Shown here: piece after piece, positions 47,915 to 57,513 of the stretch
Layout of the letters: every line of letters starts with the position of its first letter
How positions within the stretch are numbered: the stretch's first letter is position 1
IMG/VR virus record: IMGVR_UViG_3300021387_000529
Location: 32,001-96,000 of that record
Length of the DNA: 64,000 nucleotides
Reading direction: 5' to 3' (one strand)
Origin: a virus
Lineage: Duplodnaviria; Heunggongvirae; Uroviricota; Caudoviricetes
Made by a program: the position numbers and the translations under genes
Notes under the pieces: generated by a model
Seen by the model: only the letters and a program-made list of their open reading frames with translations
Database searches by the model: none
Told to the model about the DNA's origin: nothing

Positions 47915-48079
47915 TTAACGGATATTTAATTTCCGCTTTAAGAAGAATATGCTTGAGTCAATCGCATCAAGTTCAACCTTACAATCCTCAATTTCTTTAG
48001 GATTTTTTGCTACTGCAAGTCGCTTTCGCCACTTCTCAGCCTCAGTCTCGTAATAATTAAGTTTTTCAATATCATTCAT
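47915..48079 (-). CDS. Small hypothetical protein (54 aa, not in ORF track)
   Basis: MNDIEKLNYYE...; immediately downstream of the minus-strand early promoter. Confidence 0.5.
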   Translation of the reverse strand: MNDIEKLNYYETEAEKWRKRLAVAKNPKEIEDCKVELDAIDSSIFFLKRKLNIR

Positions 48080-48088
48080 ACGCAATAT

Positions 48089-48117
48089 AATATATGAAAA
48101 ACTCTAAAAATATTCAT
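48089..48117 (-). promoter_or_regulatory. Early promoter ATGAAT-N17-TATATT
   Basis: Reverse-strand copy of the recurring motif. Confidence 0.65.
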
Positions 48118-48158
48118 TAATCTTTTAAAAAATTAAATTTTTAGAGGTGTTATCTAAA

Positions 48159-48803
48159 ATGGCAAAAAACGCAAAAGAATTACTTGAAGAGTCTATCCAG
48201 GTTTTGGATGAAAAGAAGCAGGCACAAAAAGCTATGAATGGTCTTGCGAAAGATTGTGAAGAGTCTTTGAACATCGACGCGGCTACTGTTAAGTTCTGTA
48301 AAAATGTGTATTGGACAAAAGGAAAGGCATGGGAGCACGGAAGCCCACTTGTCTTGAACAAAGATGAGAAAATTAAAGATAAAACTTCTCAGCTCATGAT
48401 TAAGCTTCGTGACCTCATCTTGAACTTGCGCCGCATCGGACATACAGATTGGCTTACAGATTATTTCTCAGCTCTTGATGGTTGTGGCATCCATATTACA
48501 GTTGATGAGCAGGCTCCTGATGTTTCATCTCCAGATGAAATTGAAGAAGTCATCAAGTCTATGTGTGGCTACCAGCTTGTTGTTGATGAGAATGCTGACA
48601 AAATTAAAGAAGACCATGGACAGCAATCTGAAGACTTAAACTTCGCACCAAAGAAAAATTATGCCGAAGTTCTTGGACTTTACAATAAAATCCAGAATGG
48701 AAAAGATGTTGATGATGAATTCCAAGATAAAATCACACAGCTTGAGATGCTTGAAACAGCATTGAACCTCGTTTATGATGAGGCTCCATCGGAGACTAAC
48801 TAA
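48159..48803 (+). CDS. Hypothetical protein
   Basis: GAGGT RBS, ATG at 48159. Confidence 0.6.
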   Translation: MAKNAKELLEESIQVLDEKKQAQKAMNGLAKDCEESLNIDAATVKFCKNVYWTKGKAWEHGSPLVLNKDEKIKDKTSQLMIKLRDLILNLRRIGHTDWLTDYFSALDGCGIHITVDEQAPDVSSPDEIEEVIKSMCGYQLVVDENADKIKEDHGQQSEDLNFAPKKNYAEVLGLYNKIQNGKDVDDEFQDKITQLEMLETALNLVYDEAPSETN

Positions 48804-48805
48804 AA

Positions 48806-49024
48806 ATGATGAGCACTGAGTATATTAACAAGCAGCTAGACTTAGTGCTCTCTGATGAGAGCCTAAGTTTAAGCAGTAAGAAAACAATGATAATGTCTTT
48901 AATGAGTGCTTATACTGAAGAAGCAATTGATGACTTTATCAGCAGAAATACAAAAGCATCAAAAGAAGACTTTGAAAAAATATCTGGGTCTATTTTTGAT
49001 GATGAGAAACATCAAAATGGCTAG
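48806..49024 (+). CDS. Hypothetical protein
   Basis: GGAG RBS. Confidence 0.5.
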   Translation: MMSTEYINKQLDLVLSDESLSLSSKKTMIMSLMSAYTEEAIDDFISRNTKASKEDFEKISGSIFDDEKHQNG

Positions 49025-49853
49025 CCTACTAACTGAAGAAGCACTTTTTCTTAAAAACAAGTATGACTACAATATGCGGCATCTTGCTGTAAATATAACA
49101 GATAGATGCAATATGCATTGTGCATGCTGTTATAAAGACTCAGGAAATACAGACTTAGACATCACAAAAGAGCTAATTGATAAAGCATTATCTTTTATAG
49201 ATAAGAATTGGTGTGTTGACATCACTGGTGGTGAACCAACCTTAAGAATGGACTTAGTTGAATATACAGTTAAACAAGCAAAGAAAATAGGTTGTGCTGT
49301 ACGTTTAGCATCAAATGGTCTTTTTCTAAAAGATATTAAGAAAGTCTTAAAATTAAAAATTGACTATATCTCAATTGGTGTTAATAAATACCATACATAT
49401 TGTGATGAAGTTCAAAAAGTCATAAAAATTTTAGAAAAATCTAGAAAAACAAAAATATTTTTAAATGGAATTTTGGATGACCCAATTTTATATGACCACG
49501 ACTATAGGACTTTTGTTATAAAAGACTATTTAAGCGCTGTTGGTCGTGAAAAAGTAGGAAATCCATACAGATTTAAAGACATTTCATGCACATGTCAAGG
49601 AATTGCGGTTTATCCAAATGGAATAATTTCGCCATTTTGTAACAATGGAAAATGCACATGTGTTTATTGGAATATTGATGATTTTTCTAAAGAACTGGCA
49701 TATAAATATTTCAATGCAGAAAATCGTAGATATTATCATCATGAAAATGAAGACATGAAAGACATCTATTGTGAGTTTAATCTAATACCTGAAAATGAGG
49801 AAAATGATGCCAAAGAAAAAACAAAAAGAAGTAAAGGGCTGCCGATTGTGTAA
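49017..49853 (+). CDS. Radical SAM protein
   Basis: ITDRCNMHCACC (CxxxCxxC), ITGGEP.L, L.SNG. Confidence 0.85.
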   Translation: MASLLTEEALFLKNKYDYNMRHLAVNITDRCNMHCACCYKDSGNTDLDITKELIDKALSFIDKNWCVDITGGEPTLRMDLVEYTVKQAKKIGCAVRLASNGLFLKDIKKVLKLKIDYISIGVNKYHTYCDEVQKVIKILEKSRKTKIFLNGILDDPILYDHDYRTFVIKDYLSAVGREKVGNPYRFKDISCTCQGIAVYPNGIISPFCNNGKCTCVYWNIDDFSKELAYKYFNAENRRYYHHENEDMKDIYCEFNLIPENEENDAKEKTKRSKGLPIV

Positions 49854-50013
49854 ATACCGAGTAAATGTTCCAATAAATCAAAATGACCAAACTGGACCTC
49901 GAAAACCTTCATGTTGTTTTGGTTATACAGTCAACGATGAAGTGAGACCAACTGAGTGTGATGGACTTTTTACTAAAACAGACTTTTATATTAAGCATCC
50001 AGAGGAAGTGTAA
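49795..50013 (+). CDS. Small Cys-rich protein
   Basis: CRLCKY...CC...EC. Confidence 0.45.
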   Translation: MRKMMPKKKQKEVKGCRLCKYRVNVPINQNDQTGPRKPSCCFGYTVNDEVRPTECDGLFTKTDFYIKHPEEV

Positions 50014-50015
50014 AA

Positions 50016-50657
50016 ATGGCAAAGAAGAAGGAAAGTGAAGATGGAACAAATTTGGGAAGACGGAACGGAAACATATCTGGTAAATCTGAAACACCCAAGT
50101 CTAAAAGAAAGACTAAAGCGGAAATTGCTGAAGCTAAAAGAATACGTGAGCAGCTTAAAGCTGAAAGAGAAAGAAAAAAGGCAATGAAAGCCGCTGAGGC
50201 TGAAGCCAAAGCAAAAAAGAAAGCTGAAAGAGAAGCGAAAAAAGCAGCAAAAGAAGCTGCCAAAATCGAGAAAGAAAACGCTAAAATTCAAGCTGAGAAG
50301 AATGCAAAAGACATTGCAACTATCACAAAGAAAATGAAAATTGCTTCGGATGCGGCATTCTATCCTGATAAAAAAGAAGTTGAAGTTATTCACTCATTGT
50401 TTAATGAAAAAACAACTGAGAAAGTTGACATCTCAAAAAGAATTGTTTTACAGTATTACAAAAACCGTGAATTTATGATTTATGAGATGAAAGGCGATGA
50501 ATATACTTTTAGACTTGAGTCTGATGTATATTTCTTCAATAAGAAAACAAACTTTATAGTATGCTTTGGACCAGTTTTTACAAGTGCTCTTACCAAAGAA
50601 AATACACCATGGAATTATGAAAAACTTCTAACAGTTAGAAAGAAGAAGACAAATTAG
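50016..50657 (+). CDS. Lys/Ala/Glu-rich protein (possibly DNA-binding)
   Basis: Low-complexity basic helix in the N-terminal half. Confidence 0.55.
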   Translation: MAKKKESEDGTNLGRRNGNISGKSETPKSKRKTKAEIAEAKRIREQLKAERERKKAMKAAEAEAKAKKKAEREAKKAAKEAAKIEKENAKIQAEKNAKDIATITKKMKIASDAAFYPDKKEVEVIHSLFNEKTTEKVDISKRIVLQYYKNREFMIYEMKGDEYTFRLESDVYFFNKKTNFIVCFGPVFTSALTKENTPWNYEKLLTVRKKKTN

Positions 50658-52146
50658 ACTCATACATGTTTACGAGCTTCTCAGCGATTTCTTCTGAATA
50701 TCCTGTCAAGCTCGCAATTTTTTCTACATCACCTTCAATAATCAATTTACGTATCATTGTTCCAGACACATTATTTTCGCCTCTATCTGTAAGAACATTT
50801 TTCTCAGGGAAAGTTGTGTTTAAGTCTGTGTTAAAGTCTGGGTATTTACTGAGCATATCAGCTCTGTCAGGACCAACTACGAAAACTGGACGAATTTTAT
50901 TTCCAAATGTGCTAACAGCTGCTTTCAAGACTGAAACGCACATTCTGCTTGGAGAGTCTGGGCGAATAAGAACAGCTTTTCCTTCAAACTCATTTTCTTT
51001 CATAAAGTCATTGATAATTTCAACGCGCTGCTGAGGCGTGAACATATTTCTGTCTTTATCGAAAGGCTGTTTGCTATCTGGAACTCCAACTATGAATTTG
51101 TTTGTTAGGCCAGTCATTGCTGTAAACATTCTTCCATGTCCTTTTGGACCAGTGAATGGCGCAAAATGTCCCATCAAACATGCAACTGGCTTGCAATCTG
51201 GGCCAATATGGTTTACTAAAATTTCACGTGCCATATGTTGAACAGGCCAAACACCAGTTTTTTCAGGAATAGGAACATCATCACCTTTTGAATTAAACTC
51301 AGCAAACTTTTCCTTAAACTTTTCAGAAGTCATTTTGAAAGTCATTCCATTTTTGCAGCTTACGACTAGGCCTTCATAAAAGTCGCCATATTTTGATGAT
51401 GTAAAATGGTCTGTCAAATATGCTTGCAAAGCTTGCTGCTTTTCTCGAAGAAAGGCAATAATTTCTTTATTTTTTGGGTTAATGATGCCAACTTCATCTG
51501 TGTAATTTTTGAGCTCACTGTCAAACTCACTGATAAATCCATTTAAGTTGATTGGCTCAAAATCAATTTTAGTGTCTGTGATAGGACGAACAATAAACTC
51601 ATTTGTGTCAAGACATGCACAGCATTCTTTCAAAAGCTCAGCTTGGTTTGGAAGTGGCTGCAAGTCATCACCAATAACACGAACAATAAATGCTCCACCT
51701 TTTGAGCCAAACATTTCTTTTTTATATGGAACTAAAATAACTTGTAAGTCTTTTGAAGAGCGTGAAAACTCAGCAAGAAGCATTTCAATCTGAACACGAA
51801 TGCAATTTTGCTTATATTTCTTTCTAAGCTCATCAAGATAGGCTGGAAAAGTGCCATTGTCAACAATCTCTAAAAACGCAGCAGCTTTTCCATTTACGCC
51901 TTCTGCATCATTTTTTCTAAAGTTTTGACTGTAACCACATTTGCTTACGAAAATGCCTTCATCATCATAGCCAACAACAGTTGTTGAGCCATCAATTTTT
52001 TCAGATACATTGAATGCGTCTTCTGAAAAAATATTTCCATTTTCTTTGATGTAGTCTATCAGCTCAAGAAACTCAACTGGCTTCATCTGTGTAGACTTAT
52101 TGAAATTAAACAAATGTGAAAGATGTGTTTTTCCAGCTGTAGCCAT
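50635..52146 (-). CDS. Fusion of a ligase-type nucleotidyltransferase domain and a HIGH-class nucleotidyltransferase domain
   Basis: SEKIDGS...QIE...YEGLVV...FKM (ligase motifs I, III, IV, V); GHFAPFTG.KGH...VG.DR...VSGT.IR. Confidence 0.65.
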   Translation of the reverse strand: MATAGKTHLSHLFNFNKSTQMKPVEFLELIDYIKENGNIFSEDAFNVSEKIDGSTTVVGYDDEGIFVSKCGYSQNFRKNDAEGVNGKAAAFLEIVDNGTFPAYLDELRKKYKQNCIRVQIEMLLAEFSRSSKDLQVILVPYKKEMFGSKGGAFIVRVIGDDLQPLPNQAELLKECCACLDTNEFIVRPITDTKIDFEPINLNGFISEFDSELKNYTDEVGIINPKNKEIIAFLREKQQALQAYLTDHFTSSKYGDFYEGLVVSCKNGMTFKMTSEKFKEKFAEFNSKGDDVPIPEKTGVWPVQHMAREILVNHIGPDCKPVACLMGHFAPFTGPKGHGRMFTAMTGLTNKFIVGVPDSKQPFDKDRNMFTPQQRVEIINDFMKENEFEGKAVLIRPDSPSRMCVSVLKAAVSTFGNKIRPVFVVGPDRADMLSKYPDFNTDLNTTFPEKNVLTDRGENNVSGTMIRKLIIEGDVEKIASLTGYSEEIAEKLVNMYESNLSSSF

Positions 52147-52147
52147 A

Positions 52148-53593
52148 TTATTCGTCGTCCTCCATAAACTTCATAATTCTATCAGCATGAGCTGCCCAAT
52201 CAGCTTGTCGTCTTTCATTACGAGCGCGTTCTCTTTCTTCTTTTTCTTTTGCTTTTGCTTCAGCTCGTGCAATAGCATCTGGATTTTTTAATTGACGTTT
52301 TGCTTTTGGAGCTGGCTTTTCAGTTAAAACAGTTTCCCACCAATGTTGGCCGTGATAGACTGGAGAAAGCCTTTCATATGTAGCAAGGTCTGGAGTCCAA
52401 GATGGTTTTTTCTCATCAGTTGTAACATCAAAACCTTGTAAACAATCATCTTGAATTTCGCAGCCAATTACACGAGCTGTGCCATCAAATTTTGTATGAA
52501 TATGTGACATTTCTTCATCATTCAAAATAAGGCCAGCAAGCTTAATGCCGCTTGTACATTCATTTGGATAGAAATCTGCAGGAATATCATGCAATTGGTA
52601 TGAGCTTCCAGCTTCAGAACCAATTTTTACGCCAGCATCAAGTTTGTTGATTTTGAAACCAATTCGTGTCAAAGCCTTCAAGAATGGGTCATTTGGTGTA
52701 AGACGCAAGAAGTGCTTGTAACCATCAACTTGTGGCAAATTAGAACGGAAACGGCAATCAACTGTCTTATCATCATGAATAACAACATTACTGAATACGC
52801 CACCAGACATGCCTTCTGAACCATCATCAGCTGATGAGAATTTTGTAAACATACGATAGATGTATTCTTTTGCTTTTGTTTTGTGGCCGTCAAAAATATC
52901 TTCAGCATCATCACGATTGTCATCGACTCTTGCAATATAGTCTTTATATTCTGGCGAATTTTTATCAACTTCTTTCCAAGTTTTTCCTTCATCATTTGTG
53001 AAACGATTTGGAATAAGCGCATAAGAGTCCCAACCAACGTAAGTACGGCCGTCATTTTTTCCTTTGTAAACAAAACCAGCACATGGGCAGTTGATTGAAC
53101 CACGAGCATTTTGGTAATAAATGCGGCTCATAAAACGATAGAAAGCTTGAGCTGAACGAGATGAGAAACCTTCATCTTCTTTTGGTGTCAATTCAACAAG
53201 CTGCTCTTCTGTCAAAAATTTATCAATTCCGAATTCTTGGAGTTGTTCACGAATAAACCACTCACGAGATGCACCTTTTCCACGTTCAGTTTTAATGTAG
53301 TCATCATATTCGAAGAATAAAACTTTATCAGTTGGAATAATAAACTCGAAACAGTTTGAGCCATACAAATTGTTACGAACGCCATCTGAATAACCAATCT
53401 CTGCGGCGTCTTTATTATCAAAAGGATTTGACAATATTGCATAAGTTCCGAAACCATAAGCAGAGCCTGCATTCAATCCATATTTGATTTCACGATTGAA
53501 ATAGTATTTAAAAATGTCTTGTTCTTTAGAAGATGAATAAACATACAAGTATTTTCCATCTCCTGAAACTTCTTCTCTTAATTTTGTAGCCAT
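52148..53593 (-). CDS. Putative virion-internal protein, possibly ADP-ribosyltransferase-like
   Basis: N-terminal KLREE processing-type site; G.AYG.GTY...YG pattern. Confidence 0.4.
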   Translation of the reverse strand: MATKLREEVSGDGKYLYVYSSSKEQDIFKYYFNREIKYGLNAGSAYGFGTYAILSNPFDNKDAAEIGYSDGVRNNLYGSNCFEFIIPTDKVLFFEYDDYIKTERGKGASREWFIREQLQEFGIDKFLTEEQLVELTPKEDEGFSSRSAQAFYRFMSRIYYQNARGSINCPCAGFVYKGKNDGRTYVGWDSYALIPNRFTNDEGKTWKEVDKNSPEYKDYIARVDDNRDDAEDIFDGHKTKAKEYIYRMFTKFSSADDGSEGMSGGVFSNVVIHDDKTVDCRFRSNLPQVDGYKHFLRLTPNDPFLKALTRIGFKINKLDAGVKIGSEAGSSYQLHDIPADFYPNECTSGIKLAGLILNDEEMSHIHTKFDGTARVIGCEIQDDCLQGFDVTTDEKKPSWTPDLATYERLSPVYHGQHWWETVLTEKPAPKAKRQLKNPDAIARAEAKAKEKEERERARNERRQADWAAHADRIMKFMEDDE

Positions 53594-53627
53594 ATTAAAT
53601 TAGTAATTGTTCATTAATATTATATCC

Positions 53628-54140
53628 ATGGTAGAACATAATATTTATGATAAAGAACATTTAGGCAGATTTTGTTATCTGTCATCAGGTTGGTTTAAGG
53701 ACAAAACTCCAAACTCACAGGATGTTAACGCTCAGGAAAGAACACGTTTAACAGTTTATGCAGCTCTTGCAAAACACAAGATTAACATTTTCAGCCCAAA
53801 AGACGAAGCTGTTGTTGGTGAACCTGGAGCTCCACTTGGTAAAAAGATTCTCGACGCAAATGTCAAAGCAATCGATGGCGCGACTTTCTGTATTGTAAAT
53901 ACTGAAGGCAAAGACATGGGAACTCTTTTTGAAGCTGGTTATGCGTACGCAAAGCACGTTCCAATTATCTATTATTGGGAACATGCCAATCCAGATGATA
54001 AGTTTAATCTTATGTTGGCTTTTAGTGGCGTTACTGTTTGCTCATCTGAGAAAGAGCTGAATGAGTTCTTGGATTTGCTCGTTAAAGAAAACTTTAACTT
54101 TAAAAAATGCGAAAAAGAATTCGAAGGAAATATTGAATAA
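53628..54140 (+). CDS. Nucleoside 2-deoxyribosyltransferase family protein
   Basis: YL.SGWF, FSP, N..AID, DMGT.FEAGYAYA...P, NLML. Confidence 0.85.
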   Translation: MVEHNIYDKEHLGRFCYLSSGWFKDKTPNSQDVNAQERTRLTVYAALAKHKINIFSPKDEAVVGEPGAPLGKKILDANVKAIDGATFCIVNTEGKDMGTLFEAGYAYAKHVPIIYYWEHANPDDKFNLMLAFSGVTVCSSEKELNEFLDLLVKENFNFKKCEKEFEGNIE

Positions 54141-54146
54141 ATATTT

Positions 54147-54175
54147 TTGAACTTCTCTGAATGTTTTCATATATT
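54147..54175 (+). promoter_or_regulatory. Early promoter TTGAAC-N17-TATATT
   Basis: Recurring motif. Confidence 0.8.
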
Positions 54176-54211
54176 ATATATGTAAAAAATATTCAGAGAG
54201 GTAATCTACAC

Positions 54212-55024
54212 ATGAGTACAGTTACAGAATTTGAAATTGCAGAATGCAGACTTAGTAAAATCATTTCTAAAAATACAGCAGCGCCAGTTTCTTGGTACCA
54301 GGCACCATATTATGGTGACGCTTCAGTTGACACTGCAGGTGGTTACAATGGCATGTGTAAGATTGCATACAATTTCCGTATGCCAATGAAGAAAGGCTTT
54401 TATACAAAAGCAACAAACCTTCTCATCCACATTGCCTCAAACCATGGTGAAACACCTTCAGAAATTCGCAAAGCTCTTCAAATCGAAGAAAATTACTGCT
54501 CATCGTTGTTTACAAATGCCAAACTTTGGATGCTCATCAAATCAGAAAAAGGTAAATACTACATCACAAGTACAGGCCTTAAATATCTCGAAAAAATGGT
54601 TGGCATCAAATACTACAAAGTAAGATATTATAGTTGGAAAGATGGTCATGTTTGTACACGTTTCCATACAAATCTTGACACACCAGGAAAGGAAGTTCGA
54701 TACACTTATGATGATGGCCGCGTGTCATTTTATGTAAATAAAGATAACAGCATGTCATTTAACGCAAAAGCAGCTAAAAATGACAAGAAAGTTCAAACTG
54801 CAATTGCTGATATGACTTCCGTTGACACTAAAGCGAAACAAAGATACGAAGAAATTGGCAATGAAATTAGTGATCTTCATAAGCAGATTGCTATGCTCCA
54901 GAAACAGCGTGAAGACATCACTGAAGAGCTGAAACGCGGCCGTTACATCAAGTTGAACCTTGATGGCCGCTACAAAAAAGAAGAACTCACAAAAATCTTC
55001 AACGAGATTTTGGATAATTATTAA
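54212..55024 (+). CDS. Early protein with a winged-HTH-like segment
   Basis: GAGGT RBS; T..EI...L...LI......Y.IT..G..YL. Confidence 0.55.
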   Translation: MSTVTEFEIAECRLSKIISKNTAAPVSWYQAPYYGDASVDTAGGYNGMCKIAYNFRMPMKKGFYTKATNLLIHIASNHGETPSEIRKALQIEENYCSSLFTNAKLWMLIKSEKGKYYITSTGLKYLEKMVGIKYYKVRYYSWKDGHVCTRFHTNLDTPGKEVRYTYDDGRVSFYVNKDNSMSFNAKAAKNDKKVQTAIADMTSVDTKAKQRYEEIGNEISDLHKQIAMLQKQREDITEELKRGRYIKLNLDGRYKKEELTKIFNEILDNY

Positions 55025-55054
55025 TCTAAAATACATAAAATGAGTTTCATTTTC

Positions 55055-55077
55055 AGCACGGAATTATTTTCCGTGCT
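55055..55077 (+). terminator. Intergenic hairpin
   Basis: agcacggaa-ttatt-ttccgtgct. Confidence 0.5.
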
Positions 55078-55116
55078 ACTTCTATCTTAAAACATCAAAA
55101 AGGACTCTTCAAAGAT

Positions 55117-55746
55117 ATGGAAAGAGAAGTTATTGAAAAATTACTCGCCAATGAAGACCTTACACATTTTGCAAAATCAATTGACAAATTGCGATTTATT
55201 ACTCGTTATGCAACAGCTCCACGTTCTTCTCGTGAGTCAGTTGCTGAGCATTCATACTATGTCGCAGCTTATGTCTTGAAACTTGCGCAGTATTACAACT
55301 TTGATGTAACAAAAGCGCTTGCACTTGCTTTGATGCATGATTATTCTGAAGCTTACATTTCAGATGTTCCTCATCCTATTAAAGCACAAAATCCAGACTT
55401 AGCACTTGCACTTGAGAAAGCAGAAGAAAAGGTCGTGAAAGGTCATCTCAGCGATATGATGGCAGAAATCCTCGGTGAGTTTAATGCACTTTCTGGACCA
55501 GAAGGTTTGGTTTGCGTATTAGCTGATGTAATGTCAGTTGTATCATACGCAAAATATGAGATGGAGCTTGGAAATAGTTCTTACATGAAACAGGTTTATG
55601 AAAGAACAAAACCTCGTTATGAGTCTATTCTCAAACAACTATCAGAATATGCAAAAGGCGAAACAGAAGCAAAAAAGAGAGAAATAAGCATCTATATTCG
55701 CAGCCAAATTGATGATATTTTCATCTCAAGAATTGAAAATAATTAG
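55117..55746 (+). CDS. HD-domain 5'-deoxynucleotidase (YfbR/DatZ-like)
   Basis: I.RY...ESVAEHSY...AL.HD..EA...D.P.PIK...AD. Confidence 0.85.
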   Translation: MEREVIEKLLANEDLTHFAKSIDKLRFITRYATAPRSSRESVAEHSYYVAAYVLKLAQYYNFDVTKALALALMHDYSEAYISDVPHPIKAQNPDLALALEKAEEKVVKGHLSDMMAEILGEFNALSGPEGLVCVLADVMSVVSYAKYEMELGNSSYMKQVYERTKPRYESILKQLSEYAKGETEAKKREISIYIRSQIDDIFISRIENN

Positions 55747-55752
55747 GCTTCG

Positions 55753-56103
55753 TTGAAGTCTAAAAGATATTTACATAGCAAAGGAGAAAAATGCTATATG
55801 GTTATGTACGAAAGTGATGGTTCAACACTTAATTTGAATTACGGTGAAACAGTTCCTGGAGCAGCAGAGGTTATTCGTGATATTCTTAATGCTCCAATCG
55901 ACCATGAGATAAAGGCTTCTCGTAAGAGAGTTTCTTTGAATGAAACTACATTGACAATTTCGGCCAAACTTGGAAAGAAAGCTCTTGAAGAGGTTATTGA
56001 AGCTGTTGCTCCAAAAGGTTTTAAGAAGATTGAAAAGGCAAAAGTCTTGTCGTTCTCAACGCCTGATGTTGAAACTTCAGAGCAGGCATCTTTGATGCGT
56101 TAA
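55753..56103 (+). CDS. Hypothetical protein
   Basis: ORF between the HD and ThyX-like genes; start uncertain. Confidence 0.5.
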   Translation: MKSKRYLHSKGEKCYMVMYESDGSTLNLNYGETVPGAAEVIRDILNAPIDHEIKASRKRVSLNETTLTISAKLGKKALEEVIEAVAPKGFKKIEKAKVLSFSTPDVETSEQASLMR

Positions 56104-56125
56104 TATAAAATAAAAGGAGAATTTT

Positions 56126-57124
56126 ATGGGAAAATTTGTACCTGGTTATGAAAGCATCAAAGTTAAGCTTTTGTCATATGCTGGAAATGACCTTGGCCGC
56201 CAATGTTGTGAGTTTGGCCAGAATGCAGAGTTTTATGTTCCATTGAAAAATGGTTATTCACCAGATGACCCTCAGTGTAAGAAAATTGCACGTCAGATTA
56301 CTGAAGGAATGACATTCCCTAAGTATGCTTTTGAGGGCACTAACATTTCATTCCAGATTGAAGGAATCTCACGTGTCAATCTTGCTCAGCTTACTCGTGA
56401 AAAAGGCTTCTTCTGTTCTGCTTCAGGTGGTGTTCGTCCTCTTACGCAGGAATTTGTCACACCTCGCTTTATCTACAATCATCCTGAATGGATGAAACGT
56501 CTTGAAAAAATTGAAGATGAAATCGAAAGTCTTTACGTTGACATGATTCAGGGCGGCACTTCATACGTTGATGCACGTTATTTTGGTTTTCATGCACAGA
56601 CAATCAACATCACATACTGCTCAACCTTGAAAGATTTCTTGATGTGTGTAAACAAGCGCACTGAAAACAACTTCGCTGATGAAATCAATTACTTGTATCG
56701 TTTGATGTTCAAAGCACTTCGTGATGCAATTGCAAAAGATGTTACAGACCCACTTTCAAAGCAGCTTTGGGATTGGCTCATTAAAATCTTCGCAATGCCA
56801 AAACGCATGTGTAAAAACTTTACATACAATAATGACTTCAAGCTCGTTCCTGAGCCTGAAGGATTTAAGTTTGAAGAGCCAGCACACAATGATTGGACAA
56901 CATCATCTTGGAAACTTGAGCTTGAAAGGATGTACAAAGAAGAGCCAGATTTACTTTTCCCTGGCGAAAAAGAGATGATTGAAAAATGGATGGAAGCTGA
57001 AAAGAGAGGCGAGAAATTGCCAACAACTTATGACCCTAAGTTTGAGCTTTCACCAGTACAGCTCATCAAGAAAGCTGACTACTTTGACAAAGGCACTGTA
57101 AAAGAAAATATTTACGGCGTATAA
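56126..57124 (+). CDS. Flavin-dependent thymidylate synthase (ThyX)-like, divergent
   Basis: VKLLSY, FE..ISF.IEGISR...AQL.R, DARY; the RHR motif reads REK. Confidence 0.7.
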   Translation: MGKFVPGYESIKVKLLSYAGNDLGRQCCEFGQNAEFYVPLKNGYSPDDPQCKKIARQITEGMTFPKYAFEGTNISFQIEGISRVNLAQLTREKGFFCSASGGVRPLTQEFVTPRFIYNHPEWMKRLEKIEDEIESLYVDMIQGGTSYVDARYFGFHAQTINITYCSTLKDFLMCVNKRTENNFADEINYLYRLMFKALRDAIAKDVTDPLSKQLWDWLIKIFAMPKRMCKNFTYNNDFKLVPEPEGFKFEEPAHNDWTTSSWKLELERMYKEEPDLLFPGEKEMIEKWMEAEKRGEKLPTTYDPKFELSPVQLIKKADYFDKGTVKENIYGV

Positions 57125-57131
57125 ATGAAAG

Positions 57132-57151
57132 ATGGGAGCTTCGGCTCCCAT
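57132..57151. terminator. C(UUCG)G hairpin terminator
   Basis: atgggagc-ttcg-gctcccat between convergent genes. Confidence 0.75.
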
Positions 57152-57285
57152 TACTATTTTATAGTGTATATGGCACAAAAATAAGTTGAATTAAAAACTT
57201 CAATAATTCAAAACCGAACATAACTGTAGCAGCTATCAAAGAAAGAATTCCAACAACAATTCCAGAAATTATCAAAATTTTCTTT

Positions 57286-57498
57286 TTAGTCTTGGTCATA
57301 AACAGCACCTTCATACAAGTCACGAGCTGCATCCCAAGCTGCCTCATCAGCTGCTTCTTCACTCATATTTTTATCAAAATATTCTTCAGCAGTGTTTGAA
57401 TATCCATCTTGTATTTCTACGTCCTCAGCATCCATTTCATCAACTAAGTCATAAAAATGGTCTTTAACTAAGTCACAAAAAGTATTAAAATCAAGCAT
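57286..57498 (-). CDS. Small acidic protein
   Basis: MLDFNTF..., preceded by an ACTATAT motif. Confidence 0.5.
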   Translation of the reverse strand: MLDFNTFCDLVKDHFYDLVDEMDAEDVEIQDGYSNTAEEYFDKNMSEEAADEAAWDAARDLYEGAVYDQD

Positions 57499-57513
57499 AT
57501 TAATATAGTATAT

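Noticed and set aside
50130-50310. Repetitive gctgaa/aaagca DNA as a repeat element
   Set aside because: It encodes a low-complexity K/A/E helix.
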